From: Flavobacteriaceae bacterium
GTDB taxonomy: Bacteria; Bacteroidota; Bacteroidia; Flavobacteriales; Flavobacteriaceae
DNA length: 64,000 nt
Direction: 5' to 3'
NCBI GenBank assembly: GCA_964229535.1
Contig: CAXRDL010000054.1
Location: forward strand, 6,558 to 70,557
How positions within the stretch are numbered: position 1 is the stretch's first letter; each line of letters opens with the position of its first letter. Both the position numbers and the translations under genes were made by a program. The notes below the pieces were generated by a model. That model had not been told where the DNA came from. It worked only from the letters and a program-made list of their open reading frames with translations, and did no database searches. This document shows, in pieces, positions 1-12,644 of this stretch.

Positions 1-406
1 ATTCTCTGCATGCGTCAACTTCAATTCCGACATCAACGCGTACACCAGCATGACGTAGTTTTTGGATGCCCCTTCCATTTACCTTTTCAAAAGGGTCTTG
101 CATGCCAACAACGACATGGCGAATCCCACTTTGAATAATCAAATCTGTGCAAGGCGGTGTTTTTCCATGATGACTACATGGTTCTAAATTGACATACAAA
201 GTGGAATCAGCCAATAAGGATTGATCGGATACTGAACGGATTGCGTGCACCTCGGCATGTGCTTCTCCGGATTTTTGATGCCAACCAGAACCAATGACTT
301 GTCTGTTGTACACGACCACAGAACCTACCAAGGGGTTTGGGTATGTATTGCCGAGCCCTTGCTCGGCAAGGGCGATACATTTGTTCATAAATTTGGACGC
401 ACTCAT
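1..406 (-). CDS. ribD: Riboflavin biosynthesis protein RibD, N-terminal deaminase part only (gene runs off the left window edge)
   Basis: Not in the ORF track because it is open at the window edge. My translation of the minus strand from the ATG at 406-404 gives MSASKFMNKCIALAEQGLGNTYPNPLVGSVVVYNRQVIGSGWHQKSGEAHAEVHAI...LEPCSHHGKTPPCTDLII. This carries the HAE and PCSHHGKTPPC zinc motifs of the RibD deaminase domain. Confidence 0.85.
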   Translation of the reverse strand, partial: MSASKFMNKCIALAEQGLGNTYPNPLVGSVVVYNRQVIGSGWHQKSGEAHAEVHAIRSVSDQSLLADSTLYVNLEPCSHHGKTPPCTDLIIQSGIRHVVVGMQDPFEKVNGRGIQKLRHAGVRVDVGIEVDACRE

Positions 407-451
407 ACCAAATTTCATTGTACATTTAGATAACAAAAATAAGCTAAACAA

Positions 452-944
452 ATGGCAACAGACCAATGGGAAATTCGTTTGGTCCGTCAATCAGATAATC
501 ACATCCTGGCTCGGGTGCTCAGAGAGGTGCTTATCGAAATGAATGTTCCTAAGCAAGGCACTGCTTTTGCTGACCCTGAACTCGATGCAATCTATAATGC
601 TTATTCAGTAGAGAAAGCAAATTATTGGGTTGTTTGTCTTGGCAATCATATAAAGGGAGGTGCTGGTATTGCCCCATTGCATGACGGCCCGAGTGGGTAT
701 TGTGAGCTACAGAAAATGTATTTTCTTCCCGACGCAAGAGGGAAAGGGCTGGGGAATCAAATGATTCAAAAATGCCTGACAAAAGCCAAATCTTATGGTT
801 TTACAGATTGCTATCTAGAAACCATGCCCAACATGATTGATGCGCAAAAGTTGTACAAAAAATGGGGATTCACCTATATCGACCATCCTCTGGGAAATAC
901 AGGTCATTGCTCATGCCCGGTTTGGATGGTTAAATCCCTTCGAG

Positions 945-955
<11 letters not shown>
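452..955 (+). CDS. GNAT family N-acetyltransferase
   Basis: 167-aa ORF. It has the acetyl-CoA binding-type motif QKMYFLPDARGKGLGNQMIQKCL and a C-terminal KLYKKWGF, typical of the GNAT fold. Confidence 0.8.
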
Positions 956-3787
<2,832 letters not shown>

Positions 3788-3808
3788 TGTTATAAATAAA
3801 ACATTTTG

Positions 3809-3844
3809 TGCACATTTTAAAAAAGAATGATAAATTGCACATTT
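3809..3844 (+). repeat. 9-bp direct repeat TGCACATTT x2 in the ligA / orf167 intergenic region
   Basis: Copies at 3809-3817 and 3836-3844, with starts 27 nt apart, inside a 68-92 nt intergenic region. Confidence 0.4.
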
Positions 3845-3879
3845 AGAATTCGGGATTGATTAATTTAGCCCCCCAAAAT

Positions 3880-4383
3880 ATGTTTAGAAAACGAGTTGTT
3901 GAAAAGGCCTTAACCGAGCTGTCACAACGAACGATGGTTAAACCAGAGTCCGTGCGCTCAGTTGCGTGCCTAATCGATCTGAGTATTTTGGCAGAGATTG
4001 ATTTAGACCGCTATCTAATAGAACTTTTTCAAATTCAAAAGAATAGGATTACAACGATTTATTATGCACCAAAACCATCCAAAGACTTGAGTCTGTACCA
4101 TCCACAATTTAACAATCGGCATCTACATTGGGACGGAACACTTCTTCATCCCATGAAAAAGAAAGTTTTGTCTAAAAAGTACGATTTACTGTTTAATTTT
4201 TTCTTGAAAGACAATCTAATTCTTCAATCAATTTCCTCGCAAATCAAAGCAGGATTTCGGGTTGGTTATGTTACAGCCGATCACCGACTAAACGATCTTA
4301 TGCTAGGGGAAGAAAACAAAACAGCAGAACAATTTTTCAATACATTTAACACCTTTTTTTCTAAAATCAATACCGATGAATAA
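3880..4383 (+). CDS. Hypothetical protein (167 aa from the ATG; the ORF track uses TTG at 3856)
   Basis: Open frame with no motif I recognise. Its stop overlaps the dapA start (ATGAATAA, 4376-4383), suggesting co-translation with dapA. Confidence 0.5.
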   Translation: MFRKRVVEKALTELSQRTMVKPESVRSVACLIDLSILAEIDLDRYLIELFQIQKNRITTIYYAPKPSKDLSLYHPQFNNRHLHWDGTLLHPMKKKVLSKKYDLLFNFFLKDNLILQSISSQIKAGFRVGYVTADHRLNDLMLGEENKTAEQFFNTFNTFFSKINTDE

Positions 4384-5260
4384 GTCTCTATATTTTGGTA
4401 CAGGTGTTGCAGTTGTAACCCCTTTTACTGCTGATTTGAAAGTTGATTTTAATTCTTTGCGAAACCTCATCCATTATTTAATTGATAGTGATATTCGCTA
4501 TTTGGTTGCTATGGGGACAACAGCAGAGTCCTCAACAATATCTGTTGAAGAGAAAAAACAGGTTTTTGACTGTTTTGTGGAAACGGTTGACGGCCGAGTA
4601 CCCTTAATTATGGGACTTGGTGGTAATGACACCATGGCACTCCAGCGAGCACTACAACAGGTTGATACAACTGGTTTTTCAGCCATTCTTTCGGTTTCTC
4701 CATATTACAATCGACCAACCCAAGAAGGAATCTATCAACACTACAAAGCGCTTGATGCGGTAACACCTTTACCACTTATATTATATAATGTTCCAGGAAG
4801 GACGTCTTCAAACATCAATGCCGAAACCACTTTGCGAATTGCTTATGATTGTCCAAATGTAATTGGAATCAAAGATGCCAGTGGAGATTTAGATCAAGGG
4901 AAAGCCATTCTAGACGGACGCCCAGACGATTTTATTGTACTGTCTGGTGACGATGAAACCGCAATTCCCCTGATTCAATCGGGTGCTGAGGGAGTGATTT
5001 CTGTCATTGCTGGTGGGTTTCCTCGATTTTTCAGCAATGGCGTTGTTGCTGCGCTTGAAGGAGATGACGATAAAGCCAATGAAATCGCAACACTTGCTCA
5101 ACCCATTATTGACCTACTATTTGTTGAGGGAAATCCTGGCGGGATAAAAGCGGTACTTCATCAACGTGGACTTATCGAAAACCAGTTACGACTTCCTTTA
5201 GTTCCTGTTTCTGATTCAGTTAATTCAAAGTTGAGAGCCTATGTTGATCAATACGATTAA
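4376..5260 (+). CDS. dapA: 4-hydroxy-tetrahydrodipicolinate synthase
   Basis: 294 aa. Has VAMGTTAES (the GTTGE-type motif), YNVPGRT, and the Schiff-base lysine context IGIKDASGD. Confidence 0.95.
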   Translation: MNKSLYFGTGVAVVTPFTADLKVDFNSLRNLIHYLIDSDIRYLVAMGTTAESSTISVEEKKQVFDCFVETVDGRVPLIMGLGGNDTMALQRALQQVDTTGFSAILSVSPYYNRPTQEGIYQHYKALDAVTPLPLILYNVPGRTSSNINAETTLRIAYDCPNVIGIKDASGDLDQGKAILDGRPDDFIVLSGDDETAIPLIQSGAEGVISVIAGGFPRFFSNGVVAALEGDDDKANEIATLAQPIIDLLFVEGNPGGIKAVLHQRGLIENQLRLPLVPVSDSVNSKLRAYVDQYD

Positions 5261-5298
5261 TGAGTTGGGTATGTTGTTCAAATGTATAACTTTACACC

Positions 5299-6108
5299 AT
5301 GCAAAGTAAAATAACGATCCAATCTCTTATCGGGCTTGTAATTCTTTTGATGACATCTTGTGGGCCTTATCAAAAGGCATTGAAAAGTGAAGACACCAAG
5401 CTTAAATATGATTTGGCTGAAGCATATTATGATCAAGGGGATTATCGAAGAGCCAAAGGCCTTTTTGAACAACTAAAGCCACTGTACAGAGGCAAACCCC
5501 AATCTGAACGAATCACTTACTTCTATGCCAATTGTTTGCTCAATACACGCTCATATATTACTGCAGCTTACGAGTTTGAATCATTTACCAAAGCATTCCC
5601 TCGAAGTGATAAATTAGAGGAGGCCTATTATTTGATCGCCTATGCTTATGCGGAAATTTCTCCCATTTTTAGTTTGGATCAAAAAGATACAGAAGAAGCT
5701 TTGAACAAGTTGCAAGAATATATCAATCGTTATCCTGATAGTGAGCGGATGGTAGAAGTCAATAGCATTGTAGAAGAATTGTTGCGCAAACTCGAGCGAA
5801 AATCTTTTGAAAACGCTAAACAATTTTACACGATTCGGGATTATAAGGCAGCAATCAAGGCGATAGATAACTTTATCGGTGATTTCCCAGGTACTCCTTT
5901 TCGTGAAGAAGCAATGTTTATCCGGTTTCGAGCAGCTTCAATTTTGGCAATCAACAGTGTCTTTTCAAAAAAAGAGGAGCGTTTAGAAGACGCTAGGTCC
6001 TATTTTGATGATTTTGTTCGGGCTTACCCCGAATCCGAATTTTTGGATGAGAGTATTCCAATAATGAATGATATCGAGAAAGAAATCACTACATTTGCAG
6101 CCAATTAA
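5299..6108 (+). CDS. bamD: Outer membrane protein assembly factor BamD (TPR lipoprotein)
   Basis: Lipoprotein signal LLMTSCGP followed by TPR-like repeats (AEAYYDQGDYRRA...). Sits in the conserved position upstream of rpoZ-coaBC. Confidence 0.8.
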   Translation: MQSKITIQSLIGLVILLMTSCGPYQKALKSEDTKLKYDLAEAYYDQGDYRRAKGLFEQLKPLYRGKPQSERITYFYANCLLNTRSYITAAYEFESFTKAFPRSDKLEEAYYLIAYAYAEISPIFSLDQKDTEEALNKLQEYINRYPDSERMVEVNSIVEELLRKLERKSFENAKQFYTIRDYKAAIKAIDNFIGDFPGTPFREEAMFIRFRAASILAINSVFSKKEERLEDARSYFDDFVRAYPESEFLDESIPIMNDIEKEITTFAAN

Positions 6109-6117
6109 AATTACGGT

Positions 6118-6444
6118 ATGTCGATAAAGAACTCTATTGCACCTGATACTACGGTTACTTACAATCGTAATAAGCTAGATGAACCAACTGGAAACATCTA
6201 CAAGACCGTTTCTATACTTGCCAAACGATCGATTCAGATTAATGAGGAGCTACGTACAGAGCTATTTGAAAAGTTAGAAGAGTTTGCTACCCCAATTGAA
6301 ACACTTGAGGAAATTTTTGAAAACAAAGAACAAATCGAAGTTTCTAAGTTTTACGAAAAGTTACCCAAGCCACACGCTGTAGCAGTTGAGCAGTGGTTAG
6401 CAGAAAAAGTTTACTATCGTCATACTGACGAAACAAGCAAATAA
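6118..6444 (+). CDS. rpoZ: RNA polymerase omega subunit-like protein (Bacteroidota type)
   Basis: 108 aa with NIYKTVSILAKRSIQINEEL, resembling the omega/Rpb6 core. Its position between bamD and coaBC matches Flavobacteriia synteny as I remember it. Confidence 0.6.
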   Translation: MSIKNSIAPDTTVTYNRNKLDEPTGNIYKTVSILAKRSIQINEELRTELFEKLEEFATPIETLEEIFENKEQIEVSKFYEKLPKPHAVAVEQWLAEKVYYRHTDETSK

Positions 6445-7653
6445 ATGTTTCCTGCCCTACATGCCAAAAAGGTCATCCTTGGCATTTCTGGTAGCATTGC
6501 GGCCTACAAAACCCCTTTACTCGTTCGTGCTCTTGTAAAGGCTGGCGCTGAAGTACAAGTCGTCATGACACCTTCATCAAAGTCATTTGTCGCTCCATTG
6601 TCTTTATCTACAGTGTCGAATAAAGCAGTTTATTCAGAATTTGTCGAAAGTGAAGAGGAGTTGTGGAACAACCATGTCGATTTGGGTCTTTGGGCTGACC
6701 TGATGCTTATCGCGCCCGCATCGGCTAACACCTTGTCAAAGATGGCCCAAGCCACATGTGATAATTTTTTACTAGCGGTTTATTTCTCTGCCAAATGTCC
6801 CGTCTATTTCGCTCCAGCAATGGACTTGGATATGCATGAGCACCCTGCGACTCAAGATGCCATTCAACGATTAATTTCTCGAAATAACATCCATATTCCA
6901 GCGCAAGAAGGAGAGTTGGCCAGTGGCCTTCAGGGAGTTGGACGGATGCAAGAGCCCGATCAAATTGTTGATTTTTTAGAACAAGATCTATCATCCAAAA
7001 TGCCACTTCTTGGAACTAAAATATTGGTTACCGCCGGCCCTACATACGAACCGTTAGACCCAGTCCGTTATATTGGTAATTACTCCTCTGGGAAAATGGG
7101 TTATGCAATTGCAAATGAAGCTGCTTCACAAGGTGCAGAGGTGATTCTTGTCTCTGGACCAGCTGATGACCTTGCTATTCATCCAGGGGTTACGCTTTTA
7201 CAAACAAAAACGGCTGATGATATGCATAATGTATGTATGCGCCACTTTGAGGATTGTAATATCCTCGTCATGGCAGCGGCAGTCGCTGATTATAAACCCA
7301 AGCACACGGCAGAAGGTAAAATCAAAAAAGATGAGGAAATTACTTCGGTTGAACTCGTAAAAACCGTTGATATTCTTGAGAGTTTAGGAAAAAAGAAGAC
7401 AAATCAAATTCTTGTTGGATTTGCACTTGAGACCGACAATGAACTATCGAACGCCAAAGAAAAAATAAAGAAGAAAAATCTCGATGCGATTATCCTCAAC
7501 TCTCTTGCAGACAAGGGTGCTGGTTTTCAACACGCGACAAATAAAATCACATTTATTCCTGCTACGGGAGAGCATACAGCTTATCCTTTAAAAGATAAAT
7601 CTGAAGTAGCAGTAGATATTTTAACGCAAATTAAAACGATAATTGATGCATAA
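6445..7653 (+). CDS. coaBC: Bifunctional phosphopantothenoylcysteine decarboxylase / phosphopantothenate-cysteine ligase
   Basis: 402 aa. N-terminal flavoprotein motif ILGISGSIAAYK and C-terminal CoaB motif GNYSSGKMG. Confidence 0.95.
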   Translation: MFPALHAKKVILGISGSIAAYKTPLLVRALVKAGAEVQVVMTPSSKSFVAPLSLSTVSNKAVYSEFVESEEELWNNHVDLGLWADLMLIAPASANTLSKMAQATCDNFLLAVYFSAKCPVYFAPAMDLDMHEHPATQDAIQRLISRNNIHIPAQEGELASGLQGVGRMQEPDQIVDFLEQDLSSKMPLLGTKILVTAGPTYEPLDPVRYIGNYSSGKMGYAIANEAASQGAEVILVSGPADDLAIHPGVTLLQTKTADDMHNVCMRHFEDCNILVMAAAVADYKPKHTAEGKIKKDEEITSVELVKTVDILESLGKKKTNQILVGFALETDNELSNAKEKIKKKNLDAIILNSLADKGAGFQHATNKITFIPATGEHTAYPLKDKSEVAVDILTQIKTIIDA

Positions 7654-8524
7654 AATACTGCTGTTCATTCTTTTTTCCTGTTTTTCTTTTGCCCAAGTAC
7701 TGAACTGTAAAGTCAGCATTAATGCCGATTTGGTCGATCAAACCAACAGTCAAATTTTTGAAACCCTTGAGCGTGAACTCAACGAGTTTGTCAACTCGAC
7801 CTCATGGGTTGATATTCGAACGGAAGACTACAACAAAATCAACTGCACCATGTTGATTACTATCGAAAAATATGCGAACAATGAATTTCAGGCAAATTTG
7901 CAAATTCAGTCTTCTCGCCCAGTGTTCGGATCAACGTATGTTACGCCACTTCTGAATCGAAAAGATGATGATTTTAATTTTTCTTATCAGGAATTTGAAT
8001 CCTTAAATTTCAACCCAAATAACACCAACACCTCTTTAGTTTCCCTCATGAGTTATTACGTATTTGTGATTTTGGGGGTTGATGCAGACTCCTTTGCTCT
8101 GTTTGGAGGAGATCCATATTATGAACAAGCTCGAAAAATTGTTGATTTGTCTCAGACCAATCGATTTTCTGGCTGGAAGCAATCTGAAAAGAAAACCAAT
8201 CGGTACTGGCTTATTGATCAGTTGAGTACAAACCCTTTTTCCCTTTTTCGGCAAGCAATCTATGATTATCATCTCAATGGATTAGACGTGATGGTCAATC
8301 AACCTGAAGTGGGTAAGCAAACCATTTCAAAAAGTATCTCATACCTGAAAAGCTTATCCGAAAATCGCCCAAATAGTTTGGTTGTACAATTGTTTTTCGA
8401 TACAAAATCAGATGAGGTTGTGCAGATTTTTTCTGGAGGACCTTCATTTGACACCTCTCAGCTTCGGGAAGACTTAAATCGAGTAGCTCCCTTCTTTTCT
8501 GCCAAGTGGGCTGAAATTAGATAG
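7646..8524 (+). CDS. DUF4835 family protein (labelled T9SS PorD by some pipelines)
   Basis: Signal peptide ILLFILFSCFSFAQ, then LNCKVSINADLVDQTNSQIFETLERELNEFVN, which matches my memory of the DUF4835 N-terminus. Conserved position between coaBC and recN. Confidence 0.65.
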   Translation: MHKILLFILFSCFSFAQVLNCKVSINADLVDQTNSQIFETLERELNEFVNSTSWVDIRTEDYNKINCTMLITIEKYANNEFQANLQIQSSRPVFGSTYVTPLLNRKDDDFNFSYQEFESLNFNPNNTNTSLVSLMSYYVFVILGVDADSFALFGGDPYYEQARKIVDLSQTNRFSGWKQSEKKTNRYWLIDQLSTNPFSLFRQAIYDYHLNGLDVMVNQPEVGKQTISKSISYLKSLSENRPNSLVVQLFFDTKSDEVVQIFSGGPSFDTSQLREDLNRVAPFFSAKWAEIR

Positions 8525-8574
8525 CTGAATATCACTAAAAAATTTATCTTTGATTTTCATTAATTTTTGATCAG

Positions 8575-10227
8575 TTGTTACAGTCTATTTCTATCGTAAA
8601 CTTTGCGCTTATTGATGACATTCAATCCGATTTTGGCCGTCAACTCAATGTAGTTACGGGGGAGACAGGTTCGGGAAAATCTATCGTCATGGATGCCTTG
8701 TCTCTTGTGCTTGGTGCGAGAGCAGACTTATCAGCTGTTCGAGATGCTTCCAAAAAATGTATCGTTGAAGCAGTTTTTGATCTTTCCAAATCCGCTTTCA
8801 AATCAGTGTTTGATGATTTGGAAGTTGACTTTGAAATGGAAACCATTCTCAGAAGAGAGATTTTGCCCTCTGGAAAATCACGATCGTTTATCAACGATAC
8901 GCCAGTTCAGCTTGAAAAGCTTCGATTTTTGGGCTCTCAGTTGGTTGATTTGCACTCGCAACACCAAACTTCACAATTGGTAGACCCTCGATTCCATTTT
9001 GATCTTCTTGATGCCTTTTCAGATGCTTTAGAATTGAAAGCTGATTACCAAAAGACTTTAGAAGTTTATAAGCAAGAAGAAAAGCATTATCATGAACTAC
9101 TTGAAGTTCAACGAAGTGCCAAAGAATCCTATGATTACAATTCCTTTCTTTTGGCAGAATTAAAAGAATTACAACTTCATATCGACATCCAAACGCAGTT
9201 GGAGGAAGAACGCAACTTACTGCAATACGCCGATGATATTAAGCAAACGATTCAGCATATACTGCAGATTTCGTCCATGGAAAATAGTGGTCTGACCGAC
9301 CAATTGAGTCAATGTAGAATGGACTTGCAAAAACTAGAATCTTACAGTGATCAGTATAAAGTATTTTCAGAGCGGGTACAAAACTTATGGTATGAGTGGA
9401 CAGATATTCAATCAAACCTATCCTCTATGGACGAGGGATTGGTTGTTGACCCCATGCGCTTAGAAGTGGTCAATCAAACATTGAGCAAGATATATTCTCT
9501 CCAGCAAAAACATCTAGTTCAGGATATCGGGGGATTGATGGATAAAGAACAGGGACTGGAGACATTATGCCAAGTGGTTTTAGAAGGAGATGAAGAAATC
9601 CAGTCACAAAAACAACGACTTGATAAAGCCGAAAAAACAGCTTGGAAACTCGCAACAGATTTGGCTAAACAAAGAAGAGATCATGCACAAAAACTGTCCA
9701 ATGAATTGAGCACTCGACTCGTCAAACTTGGCATGGAGCATGCGCGTTTTGACTTCCAATTGGACGCTGAGGCATCCCTAGGGCCACTTGGAGCAGACTC
9801 GTTGACACTTTTATTTTCTGCCAATAAAGGAGTCGATTTTTCAACGCTACGTAAAATAGCTTCTGGAGGGGAGCGTTCACGAATTATGCTTGCGATTAAA
9901 TCGATACTTGCGAAAAACGATCATTGCCCAACAATGATTTTGGATGAGATTGATGCAGGGGTTTCTGGTGAGATGGCCAAAGCGATGGGAAGTTTTATGA
10001 AGGACATTAGTGAACATACACAATTGATCGCAATTACCCATTTGCCACAAATAGCAGCAATGGGCAATTCGCATATCAAAGTATATAAATCTTCGGATGA
10101 TCATACAACTCGAACATACGTCAAACAATTGGAGGGGGAAGATCGAGTTGTGGAAATTGCACAAATGATCGACGGGAATCAAATTACCCAAACTGCACGT
10201 ACCTACGCAGAAAAATTATTGAATTAA
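8575..10227 (+). CDS. recN: DNA repair protein RecN
   Basis: 550 aa with a TTG start. Walker A GETGSGKS, a long coiled-coil middle region, an ASGGERSRIMLAIK signature and Walker B MILDEIDAG. Confidence 0.9.
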   Translation: MLQSISIVNFALIDDIQSDFGRQLNVVTGETGSGKSIVMDALSLVLGARADLSAVRDASKKCIVEAVFDLSKSAFKSVFDDLEVDFEMETILRREILPSGKSRSFINDTPVQLEKLRFLGSQLVDLHSQHQTSQLVDPRFHFDLLDAFSDALELKADYQKTLEVYKQEEKHYHELLEVQRSAKESYDYNSFLLAELKELQLHIDIQTQLEEERNLLQYADDIKQTIQHILQISSMENSGLTDQLSQCRMDLQKLESYSDQYKVFSERVQNLWYEWTDIQSNLSSMDEGLVVDPMRLEVVNQTLSKIYSLQQKHLVQDIGGLMDKEQGLETLCQVVLEGDEEIQSQKQRLDKAEKTAWKLATDLAKQRRDHAQKLSNELSTRLVKLGMEHARFDFQLDAEASLGPLGADSLTLLFSANKGVDFSTLRKIASGGERSRIMLAIKSILAKNDHCPTMILDEIDAGVSGEMAKAMGSFMKDISEHTQLIAITHLPQIAAMGNSHIKVYKSSDDHTTRTYVKQLEGEDRVVEIAQMIDGNQITQTARTYAEKLLN

Positions 10228-10253
10228 TACTATCTTTAGCAAAATTTTTTTTT

Positions 10254-11072
10254 ATGTCTTATGACTTGCTTACAGGAAAAAAAGGAATCATTTTTGGTGC
10301 CTTAGATGAAAATTCTATTGCTTGGAAAACCGCAGTTCGCGTACACGAAGAAGGGGGACAATTTATATTGACAAACGCACCAGTTGCCATGCGTATGGGA
10401 GCGATTAATGACCTTGCACAGCAAACCAATTCACAGGTCATCCCAGCAGATGCGACGAGTATCGAAGATTTGGAAAATCTCATTAATCAGTCTATTGAGA
10501 TTTTAGGCGGAAAGCTCGATTTTGTTTTACACTCCATTGGCATGTCTGTCAATGTGCGAAAGGGAAAGTCCTACACCGATCAAAATCACAGCTGGACTGC
10601 AAAAGGATGGGATGTTTCTGCAGGTTCGTTTCACAAACTGATGCAAGTATTATACAAAAAAGACGCCATGAACGAATGGGGTAGTATCGTTGCCTTGAGC
10701 TATATGGCTGCGCAACGTGTTTTCCCAGATTATAACGACATGGCAGATAACAAGGCTTATCTTGAATCAATTGCCCGTAGTTTTGGTTACTTTTTTGGAA
10801 GAGATAAAAAAGTAAGGGTGAATACCATTTCACAGTCTCCAACACCAACCACAGCTGGAAAGGGAGTTAAGGGCTTTGACGGCTTTATCTCGTATGCAGA
10901 AAAAATGTCACCATTAGGAAACGCAACCGCTCTGGACTGTGCAAATTATACGATTACCCTATTTTCAGATTTAACCAAAAGGGTAACCTTGCAAAACCTC
11001 TATAATGATGGCGGTTTTTCGAATATGGGAGTTAGCGATGCCGTAATGGATATGGTCGATAACAACAAATAA
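10254..11072 (+). CDS. fabI: Enoyl-[acyl-carrier-protein] reductase FabI
   Basis: 272 aa. SDR-like N-terminus GKKGIIFGALDENSIAW and the Y-x6-K-type active-site region SYMAAQRVFPDYNDMADNKAYLES. Confidence 0.9.
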   Translation: MSYDLLTGKKGIIFGALDENSIAWKTAVRVHEEGGQFILTNAPVAMRMGAINDLAQQTNSQVIPADATSIEDLENLINQSIEILGGKLDFVLHSIGMSVNVRKGKSYTDQNHSWTAKGWDVSAGSFHKLMQVLYKKDAMNEWGSIVALSYMAAQRVFPDYNDMADNKAYLESIARSFGYFFGRDKKVRVNTISQSPTPTTAGKGVKGFDGFISYAEKMSPLGNATALDCANYTITLFSDLTKRVTLQNLYNDGGFSNMGVSDAVMDMVDNNK

Positions 11073-11088
11073 ATTTAATCGATTAGCT

Positions 11089-12039
11089 ATGTCTTTGTTT
11101 AGCGGTCTTATCAAGCGGATTGGGTCGCTAAAGCAGTTGCGGTTAATTGTTGTTTTTTTCCTGATTTCTTTGTTTGTATGGCTCTCATCCAAGATGTCTG
11201 AAGTCCATACGGCCAAAGTAGATATCTATTTTGATTACTCCGATGAAACTTTTGAAACCTACCGAGTTGATGAGCCAGCTCAAGCGGTTGAATTCGTTAT
11301 TTCTGGGACGGGTTTCCGTTTACTTTTCTCAAGATTATTTATGCCAACAGTCTATTTATCGATGACAGATGTTCAGACGGATGACAAGGGGTTTTATTTT
11401 TCCAAGCCCGCTCTGATTTCTGCTGTTGAATCAAACTATCGAAATGTTTTACGTGTCAATCAACTCATGCTTGACCGACTTGATGCCCCATTTTTTGCAT
11501 CTTCCGTTAAGAAAATTCCAGTACGACTTAAAGAAGATTTTATGCTTGCAGACGGATACGATTGGTCTAGTGAATTGAATTTTAATCCTGATTCCTTATA
11601 TGTTTCTGGTTCACCTGAAATGGTGGACTCTTTAGCATACGCATTTGTCGTTGCGCCAACCAATAAGGAGTTTACGACTTCATTGGATGAGAAGCTCAGT
11701 TTGACCTCCGATTTACAAGCGAACTACAAATGGAACGAAACCCAGGTGCATGCTACTCAAAAAATTTCACGTTACACCCAAATCGAGCTTCGCCTTCCCA
11801 TTGAGGTACTCGATCCCATTGAAAATATTGATGTGAGTGTAATCCCGGCTTTTGCGAAAGTCAGTTTACGGGTTCCAGTTCAGCAAGCACGCCAGATCGA
11901 CCCTTCCCAATTTATATTGGGTTGTCGGTTACCCATTGATACTGTCGCTGAGTTTCTTGGAGTCGAATTTGAAAAAATCCCTGACAATATTGCGATCAAT
12001 GAAATTACACCAAGTCAAGTACGTTATTTTATAAATTGA
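11089..12039 (+). CDS. YbbR-like domain protein (single N-terminal TM)
   Basis: 316 aa with an N-terminal TM segment LRLIVVFFLISLFVWL, then repeated beta-rich segments. The family call comes from memory of conserved Flavobacteriia synteny upstream of coaE; I read no diagnostic motif. Confidence 0.45.
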   Translation: MSLFSGLIKRIGSLKQLRLIVVFFLISLFVWLSSKMSEVHTAKVDIYFDYSDETFETYRVDEPAQAVEFVISGTGFRLLFSRLFMPTVYLSMTDVQTDDKGFYFSKPALISAVESNYRNVLRVNQLMLDRLDAPFFASSVKKIPVRLKEDFMLADGYDWSSELNFNPDSLYVSGSPEMVDSLAYAFVVAPTNKEFTTSLDEKLSLTSDLQANYKWNETQVHATQKISRYTQIELRLPIEVLDPIENIDVSVIPAFAKVSLRVPVQQARQIDPSQFILGCRLPIDTVAEFLGVEFEKIPDNIAINEITPSQVRYFIN

Positions 12040-12632
12040 TGGTACAGCTAGCAGTTACAGGAAATATGGGATGTGGGAAGACTACAGTTTGTGAGATGTT
12101 GATTTCACATGGCATCCCCGTTTATTTTTCAGACAATCGTGCCAAAGAATTGATGAGCCAAGACCAATCCTTGATTCAACACATACAGAAACGATTTGGC
12201 AAAGAGTCTTACCGCAGTGGTTTCCTCAATCGAATATGGCTAGCTGAACAAGTCTTTGAGAATCCCAAGGCTTTGAACGATCTAAACAATTTGGTTCATC
12301 CTGTCGTTCATCTAGATTATACAGAATGGCTAAGCCAACAAGCGCATGATGTTGTTGCTTACGAGTCTGCCATTGTATTGGAGCATGGTAATGAAGGAAA
12401 ATTCGATGTGGTCATCCTCGTAAGTTGTCCAGAAAAGATTCGTCTGGAGCGTATACAACAACGAGATGGTTTGACACAAGACGAGATTCAGTCAAGGATG
12501 CGTTTTCAATGGCCAGATGAAAAGAAACGCAAACATGCTGACTATGTCATTGAAAACATCAATCTCTCGGAAACTGAACAACAAGTCAAGACCGTTTTGT
12601 CATTGATCCGCAAACAGTTCCTGATAGATTAA
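12036..12632 (+). CDS. coaE: Dephospho-CoA kinase
   Basis: 198 aa with P-loop VTGNMGCGKTT. 4-nt overlap with the upstream gene. Confidence 0.9.
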   Translation: MMVQLAVTGNMGCGKTTVCEMLISHGIPVYFSDNRAKELMSQDQSLIQHIQKRFGKESYRSGFLNRIWLAEQVFENPKALNDLNNLVHPVVHLDYTEWLSQQAHDVVAYESAIVLEHGNEGKFDVVILVSCPEKIRLERIQQRDGLTQDEIQSRMRFQWPDEKKRKHADYVIENINLSETEQQVKTVLSLIRKQFLID

Positions 12633-12644
12633 TTACATTTGGGT

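Noticed and set aside
407-451. Possible FMN riboswitch upstream of ribD
   Set aside because: Only 45 nt separate the ribD start from the divergent GNAT gene. That is far too short for an FMN aptamer, and no conserved FMN-element sequence is seen.
4376-4383. The same 8-nt overlap string ATGAATAA is used at two unrelated gene junctions (orf167/dapA here and msrB/msrB at 19038-19045)
   Set aside because: It is a short string combining a common stop and start in AT-rich DNA. The recurrence is most likely coincidental rather than a shared element.
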